The position numbers and the translations under genes were made by a program. A stretch of DNA of 37,012 nt, from the NCBI GenBank assembly GCA_037924335.1, contig JAXSMZ010000014.1:1-37012 (forward strand), in the 5' to 3' direction. The DNA is from Aquificaceae bacterium (lineage in GTDB: Bacteria; Aquificota; Aquificia; Aquificales; Aquificaceae). This document shows positions 26,005-35,065 of the stretch, in pieces. Each line of letters starts with the position of its first letter. The stretch's first letter is position 1. The notes beneath the pieces are model-generated. The model made no database searches, was not told the DNA's origin, and saw only the letters and a list, made by a program, of their open reading frames with translations.

Positions 26005-27379
26005 GTTCAAAAATATTTAAAGCTTCTGAGATGAGTCTTTTTACCTCTCTTTCATCTTGCATTTCCACATAAACCCTTATGAGGGGTTCTGTTCCAGATG
26101 CTCTGAAGAGTATCCATCCATCGTTCTCAAAAGTAAGCTTTAGCCCATCAGAAGTGTTAACTCTTCGCACTCTATATCCTGCAAACTTTTCTGGTGGGTT
26201 TTCTATCAGTCTTTCTAGCTTTTCTTTTTTTCCCTCCTCAGCATGCATGTCGTAACGCTCATAGTAGGCACTTCCATACTCTTTAAAGAGCTCCTGCAGG
26301 ATCTCAGAAAGGGGTTTTCCTTTGAGAAGCATAAGCTCAAGTATGTTGAGACCGGAGAAAAGCCCATCCCTCTCTGGCAGAAAGTGAACTATTCCATAAC
26401 CACCGCTCTCCTCCCCACCGAATATAACCTTTTCCTTTACTATAAGCTCGTTTATGTTTTTAAAACCTACGGCAACTTCTTTTATTTCAACTCCTTCCTT
26501 TTTGCATATTCTGTCGGCTAAGTAGGTGGTAGAAACAGTCTTTACTACAATTCCATCCTTCATAGCTTTGTTCTTTAGAAGATGGTAAAGAAGCATGGCA
26601 TAAACGAGCTGTGCGTTTACAAAATTTCCCTTTTCGTCCACAAGGGCTATCCTGTCTCCATCACCATCGTTAGCAAAGCCAACATGGGCAGCTAAGGCTC
26701 TTACCTTCTCCATCAATGGTCTTAGATGTTTTTCTACAGGCTCTGGTGGATGACCACCAAAGAGTGGGTCTCTGTAAGACCTTATGGGTATAGTATATAC
26801 CTTGGTTCCTGAGAGAACCTGAGCGTACGTGCCTATGGATGGTCCATACATGGCATCGTGGACAAGAACTACCTCCCTTTCACTGAAAAGCTCTGTATTT
26901 ATTAGGTCTTTGACCTTTTTTATATACTCTCCCCATACGTTCACGTACTGAACCCTCTCATCATAAATTTTTAAGTCTTTTACCCTATCTATCTCCTCCT
27001 CTACCTCTCTTATAAGCTCAGTAGTTGCGGAACCACCGAAGGAGTCCTTTATCTTGTATCCGTTGTAATTGTAAGGGTTATGAGAAGCAGTTATCATGAC
27101 ACCCCCATCAAAACCCATGTACTTTACAGCAAAGGATACCATAGGTGTTGTGCATGCTCTGTTTGTAATGTAAGCTTCAAATCCAAGAGACTTAAAAACC
27201 TTACATACTTCCTGAGCAAAATCTTCCGACATAAACCTGTTATCATAGCCTACTATCACTCTCTTCTTTCCTCTCTTTTCCAAAACCCTTGCATGAGCCA
27301 ACGCCACTTTTCTGACATTTTCAAAGGTAAAAGTATCCCCTATCGTTGCCCTCCAGCCATCTGTGCCAAACTTTATCAT
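25997..27379 (-). CDS. Phosphoglucomutase/phosphomannomutase
   Basis: FGTDGWR, TASHNP, DGDGDR, GGEESGG, RASGTEP. Confidence 0.93.
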   Translation of the reverse strand: MIKFGTDGWRATIGDTFTFENVRKVALAHARVLEKRGKKRVIVGYDNRFMSEDFAQEVCKVFKSLGFEAYITNRACTTPMVSFAVKYMGFDGGVMITASHNPYNYNGYKIKDSFGGSATTELIREVEEEIDRVKDLKIYDERVQYVNVWGEYIKKVKDLINTELFSEREVVLVHDAMYGPSIGTYAQVLSGTKVYTIPIRSYRDPLFGGHPPEPVEKHLRPLMEKVRALAAHVGFANDGDGDRIALVDEKGNFVNAQLVYAMLLYHLLKNKAMKDGIVVKTVSTTYLADRICKKEGVEIKEVAVGFKNINELIVKEKVIFGGEESGGYGIVHFLPERDGLFSGLNILELMLLKGKPLSEILQELFKEYGSAYYERYDMHAEEGKKEKLERLIENPPEKFAGYRVRRVNTSDGLKLTFENDGWILFRASGTEPLIRVYVEMQDEREVKRLISEALNIFEHA

Positions 27380-27399
27380 AACTATAGTATACTTTAAAA
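27380..27399. promoter_or_regulatory. Symmetric bidirectional -10 element for two leaderless divergent genes
   Basis: Palindrome AGTATACT (27386-27393) gives TATACT on each strand exactly 6 nt before each ATG (27379 and 27400). Confidence 0.65.
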
Positions 27400-27876
27400 A
27401 TGCTCGACTTTGTTTCTCCAGAATTCAAAAGGTATGCGGAGGAGCTTGTTAGAAACTATGGATACACAGCCATATTCCTGATCTCCTTTACCGAGTCTAT
27501 TATGCAGCCAATACCTCCTTTCCCCTTTGTTGCTGGTGCTTCTATATTTAAGCTTAACGTCTACATAGCTGGAGCTGTTGCCCTGTTTGGGAACTTGCTT
27601 GGGGCTTTGGTTGCTTACCTCCTTGCCCGTGTACTGGGTGAGGCCTTTGTTAAGCGCCTCATAGGGGAGAAACCTTATCTTAAGGGAGAGAGTTTGTTTA
27701 GCAGGTACGGCTTTTTTGCAGTACTTATAGGAGAGCCTTACAAGCTTGTCTGCTGGCTATCCGGTATATTCAAAATGCCCATTCTCACTTTTATGATAGC
27801 AAGCCTTATAGCGAGGTCTTTGAGGATAGGGGTATTTGTGTTTTTTGGAAATGTGTTAAACAACTTTTTACATTAG
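27400..27876 (+). CDS. YqaA/DedA (VTT-domain) membrane protein
   Basis: ISFTESIMQPIPP, GNLLGALVAY, PYKLVCWLSG, R.LR. Confidence 0.85.
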   Translation: MLDFVSPEFKRYAEELVRNYGYTAIFLISFTESIMQPIPPFPFVAGASIFKLNVYIAGAVALFGNLLGALVAYLLARVLGEAFVKRLIGEKPYLKGESLFSRYGFFAVLIGEPYKLVCWLSGIFKMPILTFMIASLIARSLRIGVFVFFGNVLNNFLH

Positions 27877-27882
27877 ACCTTA

Positions 27883-27954
27883 TGGGCGCGGGAGGACTCG
27901 AACCCCCAACCGGGCGGTTATGAGCCGCCCGCTCTGCCATTGAGCTACGCGCCC
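27883..27954 (-). tRNA. tRNA with CAT anticodon (probably tRNA-Ile2; elongator Met not excluded), CCA not encoded
   Basis: GGGCGCG/CGCGCCC acceptor stem, GGCGG-CTCATAA-CCGCC, GGTTCGAGTCC, discriminator A followed by TAA. Confidence 0.92.
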
Positions 27955-27967
27955 TTGTATCTTTTTA

Positions 27968-28010
27968 ATTATAATAGATGTTGACATCCTTTTCAAGATG
28001 GTGGTATAGT
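27968..28010. promoter_or_regulatory. Overlapping divergent sigma70 promoters (tRNA and M23 peptidase)
   Basis: Minus strand: TTGAAA (27996-27991)-17-TATAAT (27973-27968). Plus strand: TTGACA (27981-27986)-18-TATAGT (28005-28010) with TG extension. Confidence 0.7.
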
Positions 28011-28036
28011 ATTCTTACCAAAGTGGAGGTGGAACA

Positions 28037-28654
28037 ATGATAAAAGTTATACTGACCTTATCTTTTATGTCTTTACTCTGTAAGCCCATTGTTGATAGTT
28101 CCCCACTTGGTGTTGGCGGTCCTGCTAGAACCTCCTCCGAGTTAACCCCAAAGGAAGATGTTGAGTTTGATATAGAAGAGAACGACACTATGAAGGCCGA
28201 CCAACTTATAGCCAGTGAGCTATCCTTAGAGAAGGCAAGGGAGGAACTTCTAAATACAAAGACCGTTGAGACGACCAAACCGGACATATGGCCTGTTGTA
28301 GGGTTAGTCACCTCTGACTATGGATGGCGAAGGATGGGTAGGATCAAAGAGTTCCATCCTGGTATTGACATTTCAGCACCCTATGGTACTCCAGTCAGCG
28401 TTTCATCGGATGGCAGGGTTATATACACGGGTGGGATAGGAGGATATGGACAGACGGTGATAGTTTACCATGGGTACGGCTTTGTGACCCTTTACGGACA
28501 TCTATCTCAGATATTGGTAAATCGAGGTGAAGAAGTAGTAAAGGGGCAGATCATAGGTAAAGTAGGTATGACAGGAAGGACAACTGGACCGCACCTTCAT
28601 TATGAGGTCATAAAGTACGGTATCAGGCAAAACCCAATAGCTTATCTACCTTAG
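28037..28654 (+). CDS. M23 family peptidoglycan metallopeptidase
   Basis: WPV.G.VTSDYGWR, HPGID, YGHL, TGPHLHYEV, NP. SD GGAGGT. Confidence 0.93.
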   Translation: MIKVILTLSFMSLLCKPIVDSSPLGVGGPARTSSELTPKEDVEFDIEENDTMKADQLIASELSLEKAREELLNTKTVETTKPDIWPVVGLVTSDYGWRRMGRIKEFHPGIDISAPYGTPVSVSSDGRVIYTGGIGGYGQTVIVYHGYGFVTLYGHLSQILVNRGEEVVKGQIIGKVGMTGRTTGPHLHYEVIKYGIRQNPIAYLP

Positions 28655-29199
28655 AGAAGGCCCCTCCTTTTTAGGGCATCTTCGTATATCCTTCTATAAA
28701 GATGGTTCCATTCGGGAGTTCCTTCTACTATCCTTCTTGAGTAAGACCTTATCCTATCCCTCACTTCCCTATCTATCTCTTCTTCTTCTTTGAGAGCATC
28801 CATGAGTATCTGTCTTATCCTGCTCCTTATTTGATGAGGCTCCTCGTATATCTCTACGCTTTCATCCTTTAATATAAGGTCTTTTATCATTGTGGCTATT
28901 TGGTTCATTCTCTCCCTTCTGCTGATGTGTATATCCATCTCCTCTGCAAGCTTTGCTCTGACAGCTTTGTAGGCTGTTCTGTAGTCAAGGCTTGATTCTT
29001 CAATAAGGTCAAGCTTCTCCTTTAGTATCTCTTTTGTCTTTTCATCGAGCAGTCTCTCTTCCTCTTCAGCCTCTTTGAAGATGGCGATTATCTTCTTTTT
29101 AAAAGTGTAAGGGTCTTCTGCCTCTATCACCTTCTCTTCTTCAAACTCCTTTATTATCCTATCAGCTATCCTTTCTACGAGCTTTTCTGGCAACTTCAT
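28651..29199 (-). CDS. DUF507 family protein
   Basis: MKL..KLVERIA, EEEIDREVR..I..Y, GT.EW, RRGL. Two similar halves. Confidence 0.75.
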   Translation of the reverse strand: MKLPEKLVERIADRIIKEFEEEKVIEAEDPYTFKKKIIAIFKEAEEEERLLDEKTKEILKEKLDLIEESSLDYRTAYKAVRAKLAEEMDIHISRRERMNQIATMIKDLILKDESVEIYEEPHQIRSRIRQILMDALKEEEEIDREVRDRIRSYSRRIVEGTPEWNHLYRRIYEDALKRRGLL

Positions 29200-29220
29200 A
29201 AAAGCCTCCTAAATGGTTTA

Positions 29221-29943
29221 TTATATCACAAAGAAATTATTCAATACGTACTTTACTTCCCGTGTATATTCACCCGTACTTTCATTTATTATCAATGGTT
29301 TTTCAATAGTCATATGACCCTTTCCATTCTTTACACCATAGAGTCTTAAAAATTTGCCATATTTTTCAGGTTTTGGATAAAAAATACGCAGATTTGTTGG
29401 CATTACATTGATTTCTCTTAGGTATACAATGGTATCTACAAGCCTGAATGTTGTATAAAGTAGGTTTAAAGCTCCACCATCTTTGAGTAAATATTTTACC
29501 GCTTTTAGAAAATCTTTAAGTTCTGTATCCTTTTCAAAATGAAATCCGTTCTTTACATATCCGTAATTTTTAGGGTAAAAGGGGGGATTTAGAAGGATAA
29601 CGTCAAAGAACTCTTTTGGCATAAGACCCTCAATAAAACGCACATCCCCCTCAACCAAATGAACCCTATCCTCAACTTTGTTTATACAGATGTTGTGTTT
29701 AAGAAGCTCAAGCATCCTTTTATCTTTTTCAACAGCCCAAACGTTGCACCCGTACTTTATTGCAGTCAGTATGGACAGAGTACCAAAACCAGCACCCAGG
29801 TCAACAACCTTGCTCTTTCTTTTCACCCCCTTTATGTTTGCAAGAAATAGAAGCTCTATTATGGAAAGTTTATGTTCTTTAGGTTGCTTGAACTTTACTC
29901 TTCCCCAAAAAAAGGGAAATTCCTTATCCTCCAAACCTTTCAA
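29221..29943 (-). CDS. tRNA1(Val) A37 N6-methyltransferase-like (YfiC/TrmN6) SAM methyltransferase
   Basis: KQPK, VDLGAGFG, NPPFY, EKPLII..GEYT. TTG start overlaps the atpC end. Confidence 0.82.
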   Translation of the reverse strand: MKGLEDKEFPFFWGRVKFKQPKEHKLSIIELLFLANIKGVKRKSKVVDLGAGFGTLSILTAIKYGCNVWAVEKDKRMLELLKHNICINKVEDRVHLVEGDVRFIEGLMPKEFFDVILLNPPFYPKNYGYVKNGFHFEKDTELKDFLKAVKYLLKDGGALNLLYTTFRLVDTIVYLREINVMPTNLRIFYPKPEKYGKFLRLYGVKNGKGHMTIEKPLIINESTGEYTREVKYVLNNFFVI

Positions 29944-30322
29944 CTATCTCAAGGAGGGTTCTTGCCCTTTCCCTAAGCCTTTCCCACTCTTGGACTTCTT
30001 CCATGGTCTGTGTAGTGGCAAGCTTTTTTACAGCTTTGTCGAAGATCTCCTTCTCCTTTCCTACGTCTATTTCACCAACTGTATAGGCTTCCTCGGCAAG
30101 TATGATAACCCTCTCGGGTGTTATATCAACAAACCCGTATGTGACTGCTATTCCATCCCTTGGGTTTCCATCAAAGTAGACAAGCCCAGGCTTTAGAAGG
30201 GTCATAAGGTACATGTGTCTCTCAAGGACGCCTATCTCTCCCTCTGCTGTAGGTATGTTTACGGAGTTTACCTCCCTTGCAAAAACCACACCATGAGGAG
30301 TGACTATTTCAACCTTTACCAT
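29924..30322 (-). CDS. atpC: F1Fo ATP synthase epsilon subunit
   Basis: VEIVTP, IPTAEGEIGVL..H, LKPG, GFVDI..ERVIILAEEA, helical C-terminus. True start is ATG 30322. Confidence 0.93.
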   Translation of the reverse strand: MVKVEIVTPHGVVFAREVNSVNIPTAEGEIGVLERHMYLMTLLKPGLVYFDGNPRDGIAVTYGFVDITPERVIILAEEAYTVGEIDVGKEKEIFDKAVKKLATTQTMEEVQEWERLRERARTLLEIVERFGG

Positions 30323-30340
30323 GTTTAAAATTATAGCACG

Positions 30341-31375
30341 ATGAAAATATACAAGGTTGGAAAAGTGGATAACATGCGTTCTATAACAGTCTTTCATGCC
30401 ATGGCAAGGCTGAACCTTACAGGGTTGGTTATTACAGAACCAAAGGACACTTATGTGAGTGTAGGCTACTTTGACAGAGTAGAAGACATTATAGATTACG
30501 AGAAGTGCAAAAGGCTTGGCATTCCTGTAATGAGGCGTGAGATAGGGGGTGGTGCTGTCCTCCTGGCTCCAGGGCAGGTTTTCTATCAACTTATAATACC
30601 CAGAAGGCTCGCACCTTTTAAAGTAGAGGATGCTTACAGAAAGTTTTCAAAGCCTGTTATAGAAGTCTACAGAAGGCTTGGGCTTGATGTGGAGTACAGA
30701 CCAATAAACGACCTTGTCCTTAAGAAGGGGAAGAAGATAAGCGGTCAGGGTGCTGCAGACATAGAAAAGTGCTTTGTTTTCGTCGGAAACATACTCCTTA
30801 GGTTTGATACAAAGCTCATGTCTGAGCTTTTCAGGGTCTCACATGAAAGCTTTAGGAAAAGGCTTTTTAAAAGCCTTGAGGAAAACATAAGCTGGGTAGA
30901 GAGAGAATCAAGGAGAGGTTTTTCTTACGAGGAGATAGAGGGCATGCTCATTGAAGAGTTCAGTAAAGTTATAGATTTTGAGGGATTTGGAGATCTCACC
31001 GAGGATATAGTAAACCTTGCTGACAGACTTAAAGATGAGTTTACATCCACTCTGGTTCTCTTCGAAGATACTGGGAGAAAACATCACTTTCTGAAGATAA
31101 GGGAAGGGGTTTATGTGAGAGACGGAGAGAGGGAAACAGCCTGGGGCCTTTTAAGGTCAGAGGTTTTTGTAAGAGAAGGAAGGATAGTGAGCATAAAGAT
31201 CACAGGTAATATATCACAAGGTCAAAGGAGTTTTTTAAGAAAGCTGGAAGATGCCCTAAAGGGTGCAGACCTAAGCAGTGTAAAGCGTATAGTAGAAAGC
31301 TTTCTGGAAAAAGAGGGCGTAGATGGTATTAGCCAAGAGGACATTAGCTCCCTCATAGTAGGTAAGGTAGACTAA
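30341..31375 (+). CDS. Lipoate-protein ligase family protein (LplA-like with C-terminal accessory domain)
   Basis: VSVGYF, RREIGGGAV, PINDL..KKISGQG, C-terminal IKITG..LEDALKG. Confidence 0.88.
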   Translation: MKIYKVGKVDNMRSITVFHAMARLNLTGLVITEPKDTYVSVGYFDRVEDIIDYEKCKRLGIPVMRREIGGGAVLLAPGQVFYQLIIPRRLAPFKVEDAYRKFSKPVIEVYRRLGLDVEYRPINDLVLKKGKKISGQGAADIEKCFVFVGNILLRFDTKLMSELFRVSHESFRKRLFKSLEENISWVERESRRGFSYEEIEGMLIEEFSKVIDFEGFGDLTEDIVNLADRLKDEFTSTLVLFEDTGRKHHFLKIREGVYVRDGERETAWGLLRSEVFVREGRIVSIKITGNISQGQRSFLRKLEDALKGADLSSVKRIVESFLEKEGVDGISQEDISSLIVGKVD

Positions 31376-31401
31376 ACCCTTCTAAAAGTCTTTATATAAA
31401 A

Positions 31402-31431
31402 CTTGACAAAAACTAACTAAAGTTGTATCTT
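31402..31431 (+). promoter_or_regulatory. dnaK promoter TTGACA-17-TATCTT with an overlapping HAIR-like (HspR) site
   Basis: TTGACA 31403-31408 and TATCTT 31426-31431. CTTGACA-N7-ACTAAAG (31402-31422) compared with HAIR CTTGAGT-N7-ACTCAAG. Confidence 0.6.
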
Positions 31432-31458
31432 ATTTTTACAAAACGTGGAGGTAAGAGC

Positions 31459-33321
31459 ATGGCTGAGAAGATACTGGGCATTGATTTAGGAACTACAAAC
31501 TCCGTTGTAGCTGTTATAATAGGCGATGAGCCTGTGGTCATAGCCAATCAAGAGGGTTCAAGGCTTACGCCCTCTGTAGTTTCTTGGACAAAGGAGAAGG
31601 ATGTGCTTGTAGGTGAGCCTGCCAAAAGGCGTTCCATCCTTGACCCAGAAAATACCATTTACGAATCTAAAAGGTTCATAGGTAGAAGGTTCGAAGAGGT
31701 GAAGGATGAGGCAAGGAGAGTTTCCTACAAGGTGGTGGCTGACGATAAAGGTGATGCTGCTTTTGATGTACCCAACACTGGGAGAGTTGTGAGACCTGAG
31801 GAAGTTGGAGCTCATGTGCTAAAAAAGTTAAAGGAGGCAGCCGAGGCCTATTTGGGTGAAAAAGTTTCCAAGGCTGTTATAACTGTCCCAGCTTACTTTA
31901 ACGAAAGGCAAAGGCAGGCTACAAAGGATGCTGGAAAAATAGCTGGGCTTGATGTCCTCAGAATACTCAACGAGCCAACGGCTGCAGCTTTAGCTTACGG
32001 CCTTGATAAGAAAGAGAACGTGAAGATATTAGTCTATGACTTTGGTGGTGGTACCTTTGACGTATCCATACTGGAAGGTGGGGAAGGTGTTATAGAGGTA
32101 AAAGCTACGGCAGGAGATACGCATCTGGGTGGAGCCAACATAGACGAAAGGATCATGGAGTGGCTTATAGAAGAGTTCAAAAGGGAAACAGGAGTGGACC
32201 TAAGGAAGGATAGGACTGCACTCCAAAGGTTAAAGGAAGCATCAGAGCAAGCTAAGAAAGAGCTATCCTTTAAGCTTGAGACTGAGATAAACTTACCCTT
32301 TATCACAATAGACCCAAGCACAAACCAACCACTCCATCTACAGAAGACTCTTACAAGAGCAAGATTAGAGGAGATGATAAGAGACTTTGTAGACAGGACA
32401 ATAAACATAGTGAAGCGTGCCCTTGAGGATGCAAAGCTAAGACCTCAGGATATAGATGACGTTGTTTTGGTTGGTGGTTCTACTAGGATTCCACTTGTTC
32501 AGCAAAGGATAAAAGAGTTTTTTGGGAAGGAACCGCACAAAGGAGTAAACCCGGACGAAGTTGTAGCAGTTGGTGCAGCGATACAGGCTGGCGTCCTTTC
32601 CGGAGAGGTTAAAGAGATACTCCTCGTGGATGTTACTCCTCTTTCCCTTGGAGTTGAAACATACGGTGGAGTTTTCACCGTTCTCATCCCAAGGAACACA
32701 CCCATACCTTACAAAAAGTGTGAAACCTTCACAACGGCTTCAGATTACCAGACGGAGGTAGAGGTGCACGTTCTCCAAGGTGAAAGACAGATGGCAAAGG
32801 ACAACAAGTCATTGGGTAAGTTTTACCTTACAGGTATACCACCAGCTCCAAGGGGTGTTCCTAAGATAGAAGTGTGCTTTGATATAGACGTGGATGGTAT
32901 ACTTCATGTGTCTGCTAAAGACCTCGGCACTGGTAAGGAGCAGTCCATAAGAGTGCAGGCATCCTCTGGACTCACTCAAGAAGAGATAGACAGGATGATA
33001 AAGGATGCACAGCTTCATGAGGAAGAGGACAGAAAGAAGAAAGAGCTCGTAGAGGTCAAAAACCAACTCGACCAGTACGTGTATAACCTTGAAAAGGTGC
33101 TAAGGGAGAACAAGGATAAGCTACCATCTGACCTGGTCTCTGAGGTAGAGAAGACTATTCAAGAGGCAAAGGGAGTTATGAGTACTGCACAGAATGTAGA
33201 TGAGATAAGGAAGTCTATAGAGAAGGTGCTTGATGCTTCTTCTAAACTCGGAAGTAAACTCTATGAGTCTACAGGGCAAAAGACGGATGGAGGAGATGTT
33301 ATAGAGGGTAAACCTGTATAA
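31459..33321 (+). CDS. dnaK: Chaperone DnaK (Hsp70)
   Basis: [54 protein letters not shown]; start at MAEK. Confidence 0.98.
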   Translation: MAEKILGIDLGTTNSVVAVIIGDEPVVIANQEGSRLTPSVVSWTKEKDVLVGEPAKRRSILDPENTIYESKRFIGRRFEEVKDEARRVSYKVVADDKGDAAFDVPNTGRVVRPEEVGAHVLKKLKEAAEAYLGEKVSKAVITVPAYFNERQRQATKDAGKIAGLDVLRILNEPTAAALAYGLDKKENVKILVYDFGGGTFDVSILEGGEGVIEVKATAGDTHLGGANIDERIMEWLIEEFKRETGVDLRKDRTALQRLKEASEQAKKELSFKLETEINLPFITIDPSTNQPLHLQKTLTRARLEEMIRDFVDRTINIVKRALEDAKLRPQDIDDVVLVGGSTRIPLVQQRIKEFFGKEPHKGVNPDEVVAVGAAIQAGVLSGEVKEILLVDVTPLSLGVETYGGVFTVLIPRNTPIPYKKCETFTTASDYQTEVEVHVLQGERQMAKDNKSLGKFYLTGIPPAPRGVPKIEVCFDIDVDGILHVSAKDLGTGKEQSIRVQASSGLTQEEIDRMIKDAQLHEEEDRKKKELVEVKNQLDQYVYNLEKVLRENKDKLPSDLVSEVEKTIQEAKGVMSTAQNVDEIRKSIEKVLDASSKLGSKLYESTGQKTDGGDVIEGKPV

Positions 33322-33348
33322 CATGATGAGATAAAATAAAAAACATAA

Positions 33349-35064
33349 ATGGACAACTGTTTGAACATAACATTGGCACAGGTTGATGCCTCGCTTGGAA
33401 ACCTAAAGCTCAACTCTGATAAGATACTGACAGTATGGGAAGATGCTGATGAAAACTCTCATGTGGTTGTCTTTCCTGAGCTTTCGCTTTCTGGATACCC
33501 ACCAGAAGACCTTCTCTTGAGGGTTGACTTTTTAAAGGCATGCATGGAACAGCTGAACAATATAAGTAAAGCTTCTGAAAGCTTCAAATCTTTAGCAGTC
33601 CTTGGAACACCCTATTACGATGGAGAACTTTACAACTCCTTAGCGATTATAGGTAGAGGGAGGATTCTGGGAGTTTACCATAAGATGTTCCTTCCCAACT
33701 ACTCGGTTTTTGATGAAAAAAGGTACTTCAGGAAGGGAAAGGATGGTCTTATTCTGAGCTTCAAAGGTAGCGCTATAGGTTTTTCTATATGTGAAGACAT
33801 ATGGCACCCAGACGGGATAGAAAGAAGTTATGCTGCCCTCGGTGCAGAAGTGCTTATAAACATAAACGCATCACCTTATTACAGGGGAAAGTATCAGTTT
33901 AAAGAGGCATTTCTGAAGGCAAGGTCTGAGGACAACATCTGTTACCTTGTTTATGTTAACTTGGTTGGCGGTCAGGATGAACTTGTCTTTGATGGTAGGA
34001 GCTTGGTTATAGACCCGGACGGAAAAGTTTTTGCAAGGGCTAAGGCTTTTGAAGAGGATGTTCTGACTGTAAGCCTTGACATAGAAAAGGTAAGAAGGAA
34101 AAGGCTCACAGACCTAAGGTTAAGGGAGATATCTTCCGTAAATTACAGCATAAGTAAGATCTCTTTTTACGACGATAGAAAGCTGGCTTTTTTTGCCCCA
34201 AGGTTGGAAAAAAGCCCAGAGGAAGAGGAGGAAGTTTACAGAGCTTTGACATTAGGTATTAGTTCCTATACAAGAAAGAACAACTTTGAGAAGGTGGTTC
34301 TGGGTCTTTCTGGTGGTATAGATTCCTCTCTGGTTGCATGCTTAGCGGTTGACGCCATCGGAGAAAGAAGGGTTGTGGGGCTTTTTATGCCATCCTTTTT
34401 CACTTCCAAAGAGAGCTACGAGGATGTGGAAAGCTTAGCAAAGAACCTTGGCATAGAACTTTACCCTGTCTCTATAAGCAACATATTTGAAAGTTCAGTT
34501 GGGGAGCTTAAAAAGGTCTTTGGTTTTTCAGATTTTACTGTTGCGGATGAGAATATCCAAGCGAGGATAAGAGCCAATGTGCTCTTTTACCTCTCCAACA
34601 GGTATGGATGGCTTGTACTTTCCACATCGAACAAGAGCGAGACAGCCGTTGGGTACACTACCATATACGGAGATATGGCTGGTGGGTTTGCGCCGCTGAA
34701 GGATGTTTACAAAACGGACGTTTACAAGCTTGCCTACTTTAGAAATACCATAAAGGATGACATACCGGAGAGGGTTTTTGAGAGACCTCCATCTGCCGAG
34801 CTAAGATACGGGCAGACAGACCAAGATGTTTTGCCACCTTACCATACGTTGGATAGCATACTGAGGCTTTACATAGAGGAAGGTGTATCCAAAGAAAGCC
34901 TTGTGGAAGCTTACGGTTTTGAGAAAGATACTGTGGAAAGGGTTATAAGGATGATAAGGTCTGCAGAGTACAAGAGAAGACAGGCTCCAGTAGGCATAAA
35001 GCTCACAAAGATGGCTTTTGGGAAAGATTGGAGAATGCCGATAACGAACGCATGGAGAGACTGA
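33349..35064 (+). CDS. nadE: Glutamine-dependent NAD+ synthetase
   Basis: Nitrilase domain FPEL/K..LPNY/ICEDIW, then GLSGGIDS, ENIQARIR, SNKSE, PPSAEL, EYKRRQ. Confidence 0.96.
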   Translation: MDNCLNITLAQVDASLGNLKLNSDKILTVWEDADENSHVVVFPELSLSGYPPEDLLLRVDFLKACMEQLNNISKASESFKSLAVLGTPYYDGELYNSLAIIGRGRILGVYHKMFLPNYSVFDEKRYFRKGKDGLILSFKGSAIGFSICEDIWHPDGIERSYAALGAEVLININASPYYRGKYQFKEAFLKARSEDNICYLVYVNLVGGQDELVFDGRSLVIDPDGKVFARAKAFEEDVLTVSLDIEKVRRKRLTDLRLREISSVNYSISKISFYDDRKLAFFAPRLEKSPEEEEEVYRALTLGISSYTRKNNFEKVVLGLSGGIDSSLVACLAVDAIGERRVVGLFMPSFFTSKESYEDVESLAKNLGIELYPVSISNIFESSVGELKKVFGFSDFTVADENIQARIRANVLFYLSNRYGWLVLSTSNKSETAVGYTTIYGDMAGGFAPLKDVYKTDVYKLAYFRNTIKDDIPERVFERPPSAELRYGQTDQDVLPPYHTLDSILRLYIEEGVSKESLVEAYGFEKDTVERVIRMIRSAEYKRRQAPVGIKLTKMAFGKDWRMPITNAWRD

Positions 35065-35065
35065 A

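Noticed and set aside
27883..28654. Prophage or island integrated at the CAT tRNA
   Set aside because: No integrase or duplicated tRNA 3' end was seen, and the flanking genes are housekeeping-type.
30323..30589. 89-aa extension of atpC
   Set aside because: Antisense overlap with the lipoate ligase. Epsilon homology starts at 30322.
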